64,000 nt of DNA from Octopus vulgaris (taxonomy: Eukaryota). The notes under the pieces were generated by a model that ran no database searches, was not told where the DNA came from, and saw nothing but the letters and a program-made list of their open reading frames with translations. The translations under genes and the position numbers were made by a program. Shown piece after piece: positions 27,501 through 41,179 of this stretch. Every line of letters starts with the position of its first letter. Position 1 is the first letter of the stretch. The stretch is taken from assembly GCA_951406725.2 (NCBI GenBank), contig OX597830.1:77810001-77874000 (forward strand), in the 5' to 3' direction.

Positions 27501-28086
27501 TTGTCGTTTCGCACCCACCCTCCCCAATGTATTCCAACTGTAATTATTCCGTTTATTATTTTTTCTTTATAATTCTTCTTGTTTCAGTCATTAGACTGCC
27601 GCCACGCTGGTGCACGACCTTGAAGAATCTTTAGTCGAACGATTCGACCAAGTAGTTTTTAAAAGCTTGGTACTTTTAAGTACCAAAGTCTAAATCTATA
27701 GCATATTAAACAGTAATTCTTCAAGCAGCTGCAGCCGAAATGGCTTTTGTTATGCCACACCAGAGATTTCTACCCGTTCACTGCTATTTGGCTTTAGTAG
27801 GGCCTCAATTTCTCTCTGTTAATAACAACCATGTATTTAATAATAGTATTAAATTTTCAAAGTTCATATGAAAAATAATAACAAAACAAGTAGAGATTGC
27901 GACCTCGATGCTGGACTAAAAATAACCTAATGATGTCCAAGCTTTATACGCTAAACCTATTCGATTTTTAAAATTTTGTTTGATCCGAGTTGAAACCGGT
28001 TAGCCAGATGGATTATTTTTTATGTGGTTGGATAGCAAGCTCTTTACCACACAGCTACACATGTGCGGTCTTCGTGTATTGTTTAG

Positions 28087-28150
28087 GCTTCAATGGTATG
28101 ATCTCTTTTGGCCCTCAAATAAGGTGCAAACTGGTTCAATATACCAGCAG
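28087..28150 (+). CDS. Weak candidate exon (64 nt)
   Basis: TGTTTAG acceptor, CAG/GTAAAG donor, two open frames; no homology recognised. Confidence 0.2.
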
Positions 28151-28346
28151 GTAAAGTTCCTTTCACTTACATGTTCCCGTCTGCAGATTCCCCAGCTGGG
28201 GTTGATACCAGTGTATTTGTAATAGAATACCTGTTGGCAGCACATTGCAGTCTGGTATTGAATGATGATGGTGGTGGTGGTGGTGGTGATTACGGCGGTG
28301 GCGATAATGATGATGGTGATATTCATCACCACTCCTATCACACCTT

Positions 28347-28560
28347 ATCATCATCATCATCATCATCGTCATCATCATCATCATCATCATCATCACCAAC
28401 ATTGTCATCATCATCGTCATTATCATCGTCATCATCATCGTTATCATCGTCATTATCATCGTTAGCATTATCATCAACGTCGTCATCATCATCATCATCA
28501 CCACTACTAACGTCATCATCATCATCAACAACAACACTATCATCATCATCACCATCACCA
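28347..28560. repeat. (TCA/TCG)n microsatellite
   Basis: Direct reading. Confidence 0.95.
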
Positions 28561-29117
28561 TTCATTCTTCACCCCCACCCCGCCACCATCCATTCCTTCA
28601 TCAGTGTCTATGAGACACTGATGAGACAAGGCATTTGTTGCGTGCAACCTATATAGATATCACCATGGCATATTAACCATGTAATGAATTAATCATCTCA
28701 CCAGGGTACGGTATGGCGTATCGGAAATATAATACATTGGATATCAGTATGCTTTGAGAGAAAAATAAATAAAAATCAAGAGGTATTGGATGTATAAATG
28801 TGCAATAATCGCAACGTAGCATATCTGACAAGAGACAAGATTTATGGGAATGGAGGGAGCAAGGTGAGATACTGAAGCATCATGGGTATACTTCATTCTT
28901 TTCCTCCATGGTATGTGTGTGAGCGTTTGTGTTGATTAACCGTCGTCGTGATCATCATCATTTCAGGAAACAGTTTGGTATTCAAAAGGTTTACAGGACA
29001 TATACGTGTTTCATAAAATGCCAAAATGATTGCATAACAATGGTGGTAACATTGTGCAATCATGCAACACAACTGATCGGTGTTCCGCCATAAATACAAC
29101 TATCTGTATTTGAAACT

Positions 29118-29167
<50 letters not shown>

Positions 29168-30115
29168 TTTTCTTCAATAGACAACTGATCAAACCTCGCA
29201 AACCATATGTGCTTGACCTTGTTTAGATTATTGGGTATTTTGATTCACTTGTATATACCAAAGGCCGATGTTTGACTGTTCACTAAAAGGAACGAGTAGG
29301 CAAAATGTGTGTGTGCATGTATATATGTCCATATGTATGTATGTATGTGTGTTTGTTTGTAAATATGGTTTTGAGCGGGTATTTATGTATAATATATAAC
29401 AACATAATATATATGTTAATATCAGCATATCAGCCTCTTGCTTTCTGTACATAATATAAACATACATACATGCATACTCACACACATACACACACACACA
29501 TATATATAAATAAGCATTCTCTATCTCCAACTGAACATGGATGTTGCATCAGAGCAGAGAATATTACGTTCTTTACTATGAAAGGACTTCTCATGTGGAT
29601 TCGTGGTGTAAAAAAAAAAAAAAAAAGCACTCGTATTTATAATGTTGACAGAGAAGAACCGCCTGCTACGGTCACTGGAACTGCCGATTCATGTGATTTC
29701 ACTATGTCACGACTCTTCAGTGGCAGACGTCCGGTAGGGACATAACAGCCGAATTCCCTTGTTAATGATGCATAGTATTTCTGTGTCTATTCAGGCATAA
29801 ATATTGCAAATAGCCAGCGGGCTTGTTAAAGACAAATTTATAGCTGCAGAAGTAGTTTTAACACCAAAGGGCACCACGAATCCCTATGCGATGTCCTCTC
29901 AAGCTAAATGACGCAATATCCTGCGTTCTAACACAGCATCCGCGTTTTGTTGGATTTACAGATTGCCATTTAGTAATAATACTGCTCCTCTATGTGTGTT
30001 TGTGTACATTTATGTTTTCATATATACATATAGACAGATACGAAGAACGAGAGATACATACATATATAGATATTACATATTTCACACACTCTGTTTTTGT
30101 TTCCCCCCCTGTCTC

Positions 30116-30342
<227 letters not shown>

Positions 30343-30375
30343 TATATATGTATATATATATATATGTATGTATGT

Positions 30376-30432
<57 letters not shown>

Positions 30433-30497
30433 GGAAAGTTATTCCAAACTTTCAGGGAAAAATTAATTTAGAAATACTAAATCAAATTTCACAGGAT

Positions 30498-30580
<83 letters not shown>

Positions 30581-30705
30581 TAGAAAAAAAAACACCTTTT
30601 ATCAATTCAACAATGAAAAAATTAAATATAGGATAAAAACATATACCAATGATTAAGTAATGTGCAAAATAATAAATAAAATGTATATATTTGGCAGAAT
30701 GACTA

Positions 30706-30747
<42 letters not shown>

Positions 30748-30901
30748 GTATACGTATATGTGTGTGTATCTATATATATATATACACGTGTATACATTTT
30801 GTGTTTGTATGGACGTATGTGTGCGTTTACGCAGTTAGAATATCTATTAAAGAGATGTCACCAAAGAAACCCTATACTTCCGACCTCACACACGCACACG
30901 C

Positions 30902-30978
<77 letters not shown>

Positions 30979-31433
30979 AGACAAACAAGCAAACAATCAA
31001 ACGAACTGTATTAGAAAAATGATTTACAGAGGCTATTAACAGAATAGTAAATGAATTAGCGACAGAGGAAGTAGAAAGGCGTGTATTACGTGGATAGATA
31101 ATAACAAGAACTGAATAACTTTGAAATACAATGAACATATACTAGGAAGGCTAATAGCGATTTATAGTGTAGAACAGGCTGTGTATATTCATACATTTAT
31201 GTATGGATGTATACATGCATTTATGTATGCATGTATGGATTCGTGCGTGTGTAATGAATGTATGTATGTGTGTATGGTTGAACGCATTAAAGTAAACATA
31301 CATACATTCATATGTGAGTGTGTGTTTCTATATGTTTGTAATGTTTACATGTATGTACATGTATATGTATAAATATATACATACGCATACACACATATAT
31401 GTTTGCAGGTTTGTAATGGGTGGTGGTGTTTTA

Positions 31434-31481
<48 letters not shown>

Positions 31482-31483
31482 TT

Positions 31484-31514
<31 letters not shown>

Positions 31515-31638
31515 ACTATATGTATATATAATATACTCTCTCTCTCTATATATATATATACATATATATATATAAACATACACATATATTTACATATATG
31601 AATATATATGTATGTATGCTTATGTATAGATATACTTT

Positions 31639-31714
<76 letters not shown>

Positions 31715-31887
31715 TAGACAAGTCACATACACCACACTCAAACATACACTACACACAAACATACATCAAAAAATGTCCTAATTTCCCTCTCCCTCTCAGT
31801 TACCACACTTCCATTTTCTTTCTTCCCACATATGCGCCCAACGTGTAAATTCCAACTTGTGTGTACCTATATTAATTACTTGTAAAT

Positions 31888-31979
<92 letters not shown>

Positions 31980-32209
31980 GTGTGCTGCCTTGACAAAAAT
32001 CAGAATTTCCCAATTAACCTTATAACAAAAACGCACGTGATATATCGAATGTCAAGTATTGCCCTCATTGCCTCATACACACATGCTGACATATATACCT
32101 ACATATATATACATATAAAGACACATATTCTATACAGTCGTACGTTCATATACATATATGCGCACCCACGCATGAATATACACTTGTACGTATGTATATG
32201 TGTTTCTGG

Positions 32210-32336
<127 letters not shown>

Positions 32337-32536
32337 TGTACGTGCGTGAGCGAGAAAAAGTGGCAGACAGACAGGCTACCAATCAGTATAGGTAGATCTA
32401 TATATGCAATTATGTATGCATGTTTGTATATATGTATATATAAGTATATATAAGTATATATATATATATATAATGCATGTATATACATAAGTATATATAA
32501 GCATAAATAATCCTATACATGTATATATGTACGTGC

Positions 32537-32570
<34 letters not shown>

Positions 32571-32656
32571 GTATGGACTAATCTCTCTCTTGGTGCAATA
32601 GTGTGGTGTGTGTGTGTGCTTGTATGTACGTATGTATATGTATGTGTACTTATATG

Positions 32657-32688
<32 letters not shown>

Positions 32689-32766
32689 TATGTGTAGTGT
32701 GATTCGTTAACCACAGTAAGTATATCAATACATAGCAGAGTATTAATATATATATTTACATATTTC

Positions 32767-32808
32767 ATTCAAGAGAAATCTTCAGCTTCCTGAAGATTTC
32801 TCTTGAAT
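32767..32808. repeat. Perfect 19-bp hairpin, 4-nt loop, built from CTGAAGA motif
   Basis: ATTCAAGAGAAATCTTCAG-CTTC-CTGAAGATTTCTCTTGAAT. Confidence 0.95.
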
Positions 32809-32827
32809 AAACGTATATATATAATAA

Positions 32828-32876
<49 letters not shown>

Positions 32877-33586
32877 GGCATATGCATGGGCTTGTCAAAT
32901 ACAAATTTGGTGACGTGATGAGTACGAAAACAACGTTATTTTTTTTAAATATAAAATAAAAACGGAAACGGAATATCATAAAAGCTACCTATAAAAACAA
33001 AATGGCCTCGTGTTGTGTATGTATGTGTACGTAGTTTTTTTTTTTTTTTTGTTTAGGTCTACTGGCCTACTTTGAAAGGGGCGAGAAATTTAGTCCCTAT
33101 CTGAAATAATTTTTACCATCATTTCTTTGTGATTTTTGTTGTATTATTGCTATGTTTTATTTCAATGCTATTTATTTGATTATTTATTGCTGTTGTTTTT
33201 ATAGTGTGTTTTGTTATTGATTTCGCCCTATTTCGTTTATACAATACGACGAATATTAATTCGTTCATTCGTTCGTTTGGTACATTGGCGGTTTAACGAG
33301 ATTAATATGAACACAACGTTAAAGAAAATAATGACAATTATATTGTAGTTTTGTTGTTGTTTTGTTTTTGTGTGTGTGTGTTTTTACTATTAGCAAGTAG
33401 CCTGAAATTAGGGGAGTAGGGGCTAGTCGAAAATACATCGATCCCAAGGCGCTCACTTAATATTTATTTCATCGTCATCGAAAGGATAAAAGGCAGTGTC
33501 GACCTTGGTTGCCGGTCCTATAACTACTGTCAGTCTATCGCACGTCTCTTAAACCAATCCAAAGTCTGTGAATATGTGTTTGTAGA

Positions 33587-34080
33587 AGGCGGAGAGCTGA
33601 CAGAAACGTTAGCACGCCGGGCGAAATGCTTAGCCGTATTTCGTCTGCCGTTACGTTCTGAGTTCAAATTCCGCCGAGGTCGACTTTGCCTTTCATCTTT
33701 TCGGGGTCGATTAAATAAGTACCAGTTACACACTGAGGTCGATATAATCGACTTAATCCGTCTGTCTGTCCTTGTTTGTCTCCTCTGTGTTTAGCCCCTT
33801 GTGGGTAGTAAAGAAATAGGTATTTCGTCTGCGGCTACGTTCTGAGTTCAAATTCCGCTGAGTTCGACTTTGCCTTTCATCCTTTTGGGGTTGATAAATT
33901 AAGTACCAGTTACGCACTGGGGTAGATGCAATCGACTTAATCCCTTCGTCTGTCCTTGTTTGTTCACTCTATGTTTAGGTCCTTGTGGGTAGTAAAGAAA
34001 TAAGTATTTCATCTGCTGTTACGTTCTGAGTTGAAATTCCGCCGAGGTCGACTTTGCCTTTCATCCTTTCGGGGGTCAAT
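33587..34080 (+). mobile_element. SINE family B multimer (head + ~2.5 units)
   Basis: GTATTTC(G/A)TCTGC recurs at ~33636, 33820, 34004. Confidence 0.93.
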
Positions 34081-34098
34081 TGATGTGTGTGGGTGCGG

Positions 34099-34161
<63 letters not shown>

Positions 34162-34200
34162 ACGCATATGTGTATTCACACACACACATATCTATGTGTG

Positions 34201-34512
34201 TGAAGGCGCGTGGCTTAGTAGTTAAGGTATTCGGCTCGCGTTCGTAGGGTCGCGAGTTCGATTCCCGGCGGCGTGTTGTGTCCTTGCTTAAGACACTTTA
34301 TTTCATGCTATTCCAATCCACTCAGCTGACAAAAATGAGTTGTACTAATCTTTCAAGGATCCAGCCTTATCACGCTGAATCTCCCTGAGAAATAAGGGAA
34401 GGGGTACGCGTATCATTGGAGTGCTCAGCCACTTGCACCTTAATCTCACGAGCAAGCTGTTCCTTTGATCGGATCAACTGGGACCCCCGTCGTCGTAAGC
34501 GGCGAAGTGCCA
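34201..34512 (+). mobile_element. tRNA-derived SINE family C with tail T1
   Basis: A box TGGCTTAGTAG, B box GTTCGATTCC, CORE-like GTGTCCTTG..AAGACACTT; tail shared with 22250-22430. Confidence 0.9.
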
Positions 34513-34643
<131 letters not shown>

Positions 34644-35110
34644 GTGTGTGTGTGTGTATGTATATATATATATGTATATATATATATGTATATATACGTG
34701 ATGTATGTATATATATATATATATACGTGTGTGTGTATGTATATATATATGTATATATACGTGATGTATGTATATATGTATATATACGTGATGTATGTAT
34801 ATATATATATATGCACACACATAACATAATGTTGAAACCACTAGGCTAAACGCTTATCTTATTGGTTGAGACACAACATCAGAATCGTAATTGTTTCCAA
34901 AATTATTTTATCTGTCATCACAACGAAACAATTATATCACGTGACAGTCATTTTAGCCGTGTAAAACTCACAGAAGCTCTTAGACCCTCTTACGCTATTT
35001 CTTTCAACGTTCCTATCTTCAATGAATGCTAATAAGAAAGAGGAAACTGTAATGTAATATTGTGTAAACACACACCAAAGCACGAGCACAGGGCCGCGCG
35101 TACACACACA

Positions 35111-35146
<36 letters not shown>

Positions 35147-35216
35147 TACGCACCCACGCAAACATGTCAAACACTTTGTTCGCCATTATCCTGGATTTTA
35201 TTTTCCTCTGAATTGT

Positions 35217-35272
<56 letters not shown>

Positions 35273-35642
35273 GGAAAAAGTCAGGATAGAAAATGCTAAA
35301 TTATTTTATAAAAAACATTTCAGTACCGGTTTCAGTCATTGAGACTTTTTCAACTGTAACAATTAAATAATTAAAAATTTAGAAAAGTTTTTTTTAAAGA
35401 ATATTTGTATAGTGTTCAAATACAAGTGGCATTTTCCTTGTTTCTGCCGGTCTCTGTCTCTCTTGCTTACTCTTGTGGGTTCGAGGTCGTTGTGAATTCT
35501 TAGTAGGAAAGAAGAAGAAAAAGAAGAAGGAAGGGGAGGAGAAGGGGAAGAAGAAGAACAAGAATTTGGGAATGTCCATGATAGTAGTATTCATGAAAAT
35601 ATTTCTTTTGAATGTTTTGCTTATAGAATTTGCGTAGGTGCT

Positions 35643-35648
<6 letters not shown>
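35273..35648 (-). mobile_element. PLE-like non-coding fragment between (TA)n tracts carrying an HHR
   Basis: Bounded by TA tracts; contains motif at 35321-35356. Confidence 0.6.
35321..35356 (-). ncRNA. Minimal type-I hammerhead with compensatory U3-A8 core
   Basis: CAG-UUGAAAA-AGUC-UCAAU-GACU-GAAA-CCGG-UA-CUG. Confidence 0.7.
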
Positions 35649-35691
<43 letters not shown>

Positions 35692-35696
<5 letters not shown>

Positions 35697-35894
35697 ATCC
35701 AAACAAGAAAGCACAAAAAAGACACAACAACGCGAGGACGTGGAACAAATATAGTATTATTGGACGCTCAGGAAAGAAAGAAAGAAGGAGGGTTTACGGT
35801 TTCGAGCGGAGCTCTTCGTCGGAAACATAGGAGAAGGAAAGATCCAGAGATGGGAAGACAGAGGATAAAAAATCGCCAACGGTACACACGCGGT

Positions 35895-35900
<6 letters not shown>
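35692..35900 (-). mobile_element. HHR-bearing mini-element family E (motif 35792-35826, CCGACGA core, damaged stem III)
   Basis: Homologous to 56506-56718; (TA)n on both sides. Confidence 0.88.
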
Positions 35901-35954
<54 letters not shown>

Positions 35955-36134
35955 TATATATATGATATTTAGGGCCTTGTGCCTAGAGTAGTAAAAGAAT
36001 AATACATTAGTACTCTACGAAAGTACAGGGTGAACCATCAGATTAAAGTAAAATTGTTTTCCTTATAACTGAACATACATTAACTGAAATATACAAACAA
36101 AAAACAAATATATTTAATATTTGATAACTGCTAA

Positions 36135-36370
36135 AGCAGCGAGCTGGCTGAATCGTTAGCACACCGGGCAAAATGCTTAGCGGTATTTCGTCCGCCGCTG
36201 CGTTCTGAGTTCAAATTCCACCGAGGTCGACTTTGCCTTCCAACCTTTCGGGGTCGATAAATTAAGTACCAATTACGCACTGGGGTCGATGTAATCGACT
36301 TAATCCGTTTGTCTGTCCCTGTTTGTCCCCTCTGTGTTTACCCCCTTGTGGGTAGTAAAGACATAGATAT
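36135..36370 (+). mobile_element. SINE family B
   Basis: Match to family B consensus. Confidence 0.92.
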
Positions 36371-37269
36371 CAGGATCTTGCGATCATATGAGTATAACAC
36401 CCTAACACTAGACCATGCGCCCTCACTTCACTCACACAGATATACTCTGAGTGACCGTGCAAGAAAGAGAGAGAGGCAGCTGTACGACGAAGAGAATTGG
36501 AGTTACAGAAGGAAATAAAAACAAATAAGGGAATCAAATACACAGAGGGTGGTTTGTAGTAACAGACAGTAACAATCAAACGTCGGTAAGAAAGAGATAT
36601 AACGTGAGAGAGAGAGAGAGAGAGAGAAGCACAGGATAGAAGGATAGGATTGGTGGGCAGGAAGCTCCACAAAAAGCACGAGAGAGGAGGAGAGTAGGGA
36701 GTGACAGAGGAGCATTTTATAAAAACAAAAGCAAGCAGATAAATGTACGAAGTAGCTAAAGCATAACGATCGCAGCCATGAAACTACGTTATTAGCCATT
36801 CAAAAACACACAAAGGCTATTAACTTAACTTTAAACATTCATTATATCTTCTAGTTTAAGTGAAATTAACAGTCTGTGTGATTTTTTTGAACGGCTAATA
36901 TCTGCCTTCCGCACAGCAATCGTTTCAGGTTTAACGTACAGTCTCACATAAAATCGTTTGCATGGAAAGTACACCTCCGAAAGCTAAAATATAGTTACTT
37001 GGCAGGCTAAAGCAGACAGCCATTTTGGATAAAGACAAAAGACTACGTTTTGATCGGTTCATGAACGAGTTATTATTATCAATGAGCGAATGACTGAGGT
37101 GGAAATTATAAAAGAATATCTTATTTATTTAAGTCTGTATTATGTCCTGCAATGCATACGTATATAGATACATGTGTGATTAAATATATGTGTGTGTTAA
37201 TGTATATATTGTATATACACTTTTTTACGTACATTGTATACGTATATACATACTCAAATACATATATAT

Positions 37270-37945
37270 TTATTTCTTTATTGCCCAAGCAATAAAGAAA
37301 TTTCTATATTTCTTTGCTGCCCAAGCAAGGGGACAAAGAAGGACAGACAAACGGATTAAGTTGATCGCATCGACCCCAGTGTGTAACTGCTACTTATTTA
37401 GTCGACCCCGAAAGATGAAAGGCAAAGTCGACCTCGGCGGAATTTGAACTCAGAACGTAAAGGCAAGCGAAATACCTATTTATTTACTACCAACAAGGGG
37501 CTAAATACAGAGAGGACAAACAAGGACAGACAAACGGATTAAAGTCGATTATATCGACCCCAGTATGTAGCTGGTACTTAATTTATCGACCCCGAAAAGA
37601 TGAAAGGCAAAGTCGACCTCGGCGGAATTTGAACTAAGAACGTAGCGACAGACGAAATACAGCTAAGCATTTCGCCCGGAGTGCTAACGATTCAGCCACC
37701 TCGCTGCCTTAGTGTCACTATAGATGTCCTTTTCTACTCTAGGCACAATGCCTGGAATTTGCGGGGAGGGGGGGGGGGCAGTCGATTAGATGGACCCGAG
37801 TACGCAGCTAGTACTAAATTGACGACCCTGAAATGGTGAAGGGCAAAAGTCAACCTCGGCGGAATTTGAACTCAGAACGAAAAGACATACGAAATACTGC
37901 TAAGCGTTTCGCCCGGCGTGCTGACATTTCTGCCGGCTCGCTGCC
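37270..37945 (-). mobile_element. SINE family B dimer followed by a second B monomer with TSD TTAGTGTCACTA(TA)GATGT
   Basis: Heads at ~37708 and ~37945; duplicated flank at 37709-37727 and 37946-37962. Confidence 0.9.
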
Positions 37946-38059
37946 TTAGTGTCACTAGATGTTGTCATACTATTATGCCACGCCCAAAACAGCACATTGA
38001 CTCTGCATTGTGTCTGGAACATGTGAGTGTAAATATGTCAGTTCTCCGTAACTCTCCGT

Positions 38060-38225
38060 AATTCGAAGCCGTCTATCTTCAGTCAAGCACCAGATTATCC
38101 TCGCACTTTCAGCTGATTATTCTTGAGATTGCTCCAATCTGGCCAACCCCAACGAAAACTAAGCTAAGGGTATTAGATTCCTTGGAAGAAAGCAGCCAAT
38201 GTATACAAAAACGAGGACAGAAAGT
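38060..38225 (-). mobile_element. Repeat family F
   Basis: Homologous to 42640-42820. Confidence 0.65.
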
Positions 38226-38417
38226 ACACCGTATATTTTTTACTCATTCTAAAAATATTCATCACGTGACGCAACACACTCCTTATTTTTTTTTACCTAT
38301 CTGTCCGTGTATTATTATTAATATTATATATGATTACATTAGAATATATATTCACAATCTGTGAATGCATAAACACACACACACACACACAGACACACAC
38401 ACAGACACACACACACA

Positions 38418-38469
<52 letters not shown>

Positions 38470-38705
38470 TATTATTTAAATCAGTTGATTCGGTTCCGTG
38501 CTACTTCCAGTTTTGCATGCCCCTAACTGGGGACCGACTCGTTCGAGCTTTGGAATGCCGAATCTCTTAAATAATACATATAACCCCTACTAAATATGTT
38601 GAGTACCCTTTTCGTTCATTTGTCCACTCACTCGTATAATTATACGTGTGTCAGTGTTGTTTGTATATATTTGTGTGTGTTGTTGTTGCTGTTTGTTTGT
38701 TTGTT

Positions 38706-39075
38706 GAGCGAAGCGGTCTTCGCCTCAGAGCTCGCATGATCGCGCCTCTGTAGTGGGAGAAGTCCGAAACGTGGTCCTTTGCTATTCGTAAGACCCGCAG
38801 AAGAGAAAGCAGGTCAACCCCCGAAACCTAGAGCATCGACGGATGGATGAATGCGCATCTAGGCTCAGCGGTTGCGTAGGAAGTCAGAGACAAGAAACAG
38901 GAAGAAAGAGTGAGAGAAAGTTGGAGCGAAAGAGTACAACAGGGGTCGCCACCACCCTCTGCCGGAGCCTCGTGTTTTCGCTCAATAAACACACACAAAG
39001 CCCGGTCTGGGAATCGAAACCGCGATCCTCCGACCGCGAGTCCGCTGCCCTAACCACTGGGCCATTGCGCCTCCA
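38706..39075 (-). mobile_element. SINE family D with tail T2, in (GTT/GCT)n
   Basis: Same head as 22050; different tail ending CGAAGACCGCTTCGCTC-AAC.. Confidence 0.92.
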
Positions 39076-39645
39076 CTGTTGTTGCTGTTGTTGTTGTTGT
39101 TTATATCGTTTGTTTCTTTAGCCAATTCTGAATTCTAAAAGTGGAAAGTTAAAAAGTTTCCGTTTTGAGCCATTTGGTAGTAGTGAGACAGAGAAGGGGA
39201 TGGAGGATTTTTGCTCGAATGCTATCTAAGAAATAAAATATGAGTACAAGGATTGGGTGGGAGAAGTGCAATGAGGATAAATGAAAGAAGTCGTATTACC
39301 GTAATTGAAGCTTCAGAAAGGTGTAAGAGATCATAATTAGTTAAAAAACAAAAGGGGTGGTTACGATAGTGCTAGAGTAAAGTAAGACGAGTGTAATAGT
39401 ATTTACCAGCATAAGAAGAAGGGAGAAGTTGGAATGAGAGATAGACGAATGTACCGAGATGAGCTGGAAGGAAAATTAATTGAGTGTAAGTCTGCGTTTA
39501 GTAAGTTGGAACCAAATTAAGAATGAGATACAGAGAGAGGAGAAAATAAAACTGCAGAGAAGGTAGAAGAAATTGAACAGGAAACGTAAGAGCAGAAGGA
39601 AATGAAGAAATGAAACAGAAAATTACGTACACACACACACACACA

Positions 39646-39737
<92 letters not shown>

Positions 39738-39760
39738 CAGAGAGAGAGAGATTATATAGG

Positions 39761-39805
39761 TTCTCGCCTGAAGATTGCTGTGTCGTGAAACTCGAGCTGC
39801 AAGAG
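39761..39805 (+). ncRNA. Degraded minimal hammerhead-like motif
   Basis: UUCUCGC-CUGAAGA-12 nt-GAAA-CUCGAG-CU-GCAAGAG; stem I pairs 6/7, palindromic loop III; stem II and U16.1 damaged. Confidence 0.4.
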
Positions 39806-39896
39806 AAAAATCGCACCTTCAGTTTCAATTAAAGATCATTTCTGTCGTTTAAACCAACGTAATGCGAGGATTACACAGAAGTAGAACGAGATGGAT

Positions 39897-39897
<1 letters not shown>

Positions 39898-39945
<48 letters not shown>

Positions 39946-39947
39946 CG

Positions 39948-39990
<43 letters not shown>

Positions 39991-40016
39991 TAGTAGTGGT
40001 GGTGGTGGTGGTGGTG

Positions 40017-40069
<53 letters not shown>

Positions 40070-40095
40070 AGTAGTAGCAGTAGTGGTAATAGCAG
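39898..40095. repeat. (GTA/GTG)n microsatellite
   Basis: Direct reading. Confidence 0.95.
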
Positions 40096-40691
40096 CAGCA
40101 ACAGTCGGTCGGTGGATGAGGAAGGAAAACAGGGTGAGGTAAAATAAATTGGATGGAAAAGAAAGGAGAGAAGAAAAAGGAAAAGGAACCTGATGAAGAA
40201 TGACTATAGAAGAGAGAGAGAGAGAGAGGGAGAGGAGGGAGAGAGAGAGAGAGCTGAATTAGTATACAAGGTGGAGGAGAAGGCGTAGAGAAGTGACGAT
40301 GAAGAAATAGGCATTGTAAGGAACGGTGGCAGATGGCAATAGGCATTCATTAGTTTCACTATTGCTTTTCATTCATTACTCCAAAGAGACTAATAGAGAG
40401 AGGGGGGGAGGGAAAGGGAGAGAGAAAGACGGATGGACGGACAGCCAGACAAACAGACATTCTTGACACTTCCTGGTCTGTCTTAGATGCTGTAACTGAA
40501 CACCGTTAAACGTTGCTTGTTGCTCTTGTAATCGTAGTAGTTGTTATTGTTATTGTACACCAATAGACACTGAGGTGGTGGTGGTGGTGGTGGTAGTAGT
40601 AGTAGTTGTTGTTGTTGGTGGTGGTGGTGCTGGTGGCGGTGGTGGTGGTGCTACTGCTGCTGCTGTTGTTGTTGATGTTGCTGTTGCTGTT

Positions 40692-41022
40692 GAGCGAAGC
40701 GGTCTTCGTACCAGAGCTCGCAAGATGGGAAAAGTCCCTAATCGTGGTCCTTTGCTATTCGTAAGACCCGCAGAAGAGAAAACAGGTCAACTCCCGACAC
40801 CGAGAGCATCGATGGATGAAGGAATGCGCATCCAGGCTCAGCGGTTTCGTAGGAAGTCGGGGACAAGAAAAAGGAAGAATGAGTACAACAGGGGTCGCCG
40901 GAGCCTTGTGGAGCTTTAGGTGTTTTCGTTCAATAAACACACACAACAACCGGTCAGAGAATCGAAACCGCGATCCTCCGACCGCGATTCCGCTGCCTTA
41001 ACCATTGGGCCATTACGCCTCC
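40692..41022 (-). mobile_element. SINE family D with tail T2, second copy
   Basis: Homologous to 38706-39075 with small deletions. Confidence 0.92.
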
Positions 41023-41179
41023 GCTGCTGCTGCTATTGTTGTTGTTAGCGTTTCGTTTTGTTAATGCTTAGCCCCAGTTTCGTTTCGATCGAACAGAATT
41101 ATAATAATCAAAGCATTCCAGGCGCGGCTGTCCGTTTTTTTTTATCATATGGACAGGGAATTTCGATCCACTTAGCCGA

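Noticed and set aside
29652-29733. Possible exon (EEPPATVTG...)
   Set aside because: No polypyrimidine tract, and the 3' end overlaps a family I-like repeat motif
33587-34080. Family B tandem units as a CRISPR array or HHR retrozyme
   Set aside because: Units are ~180 bp with no unique spacers, no cas genes are present, and no CUGANGA core was seen on either strand
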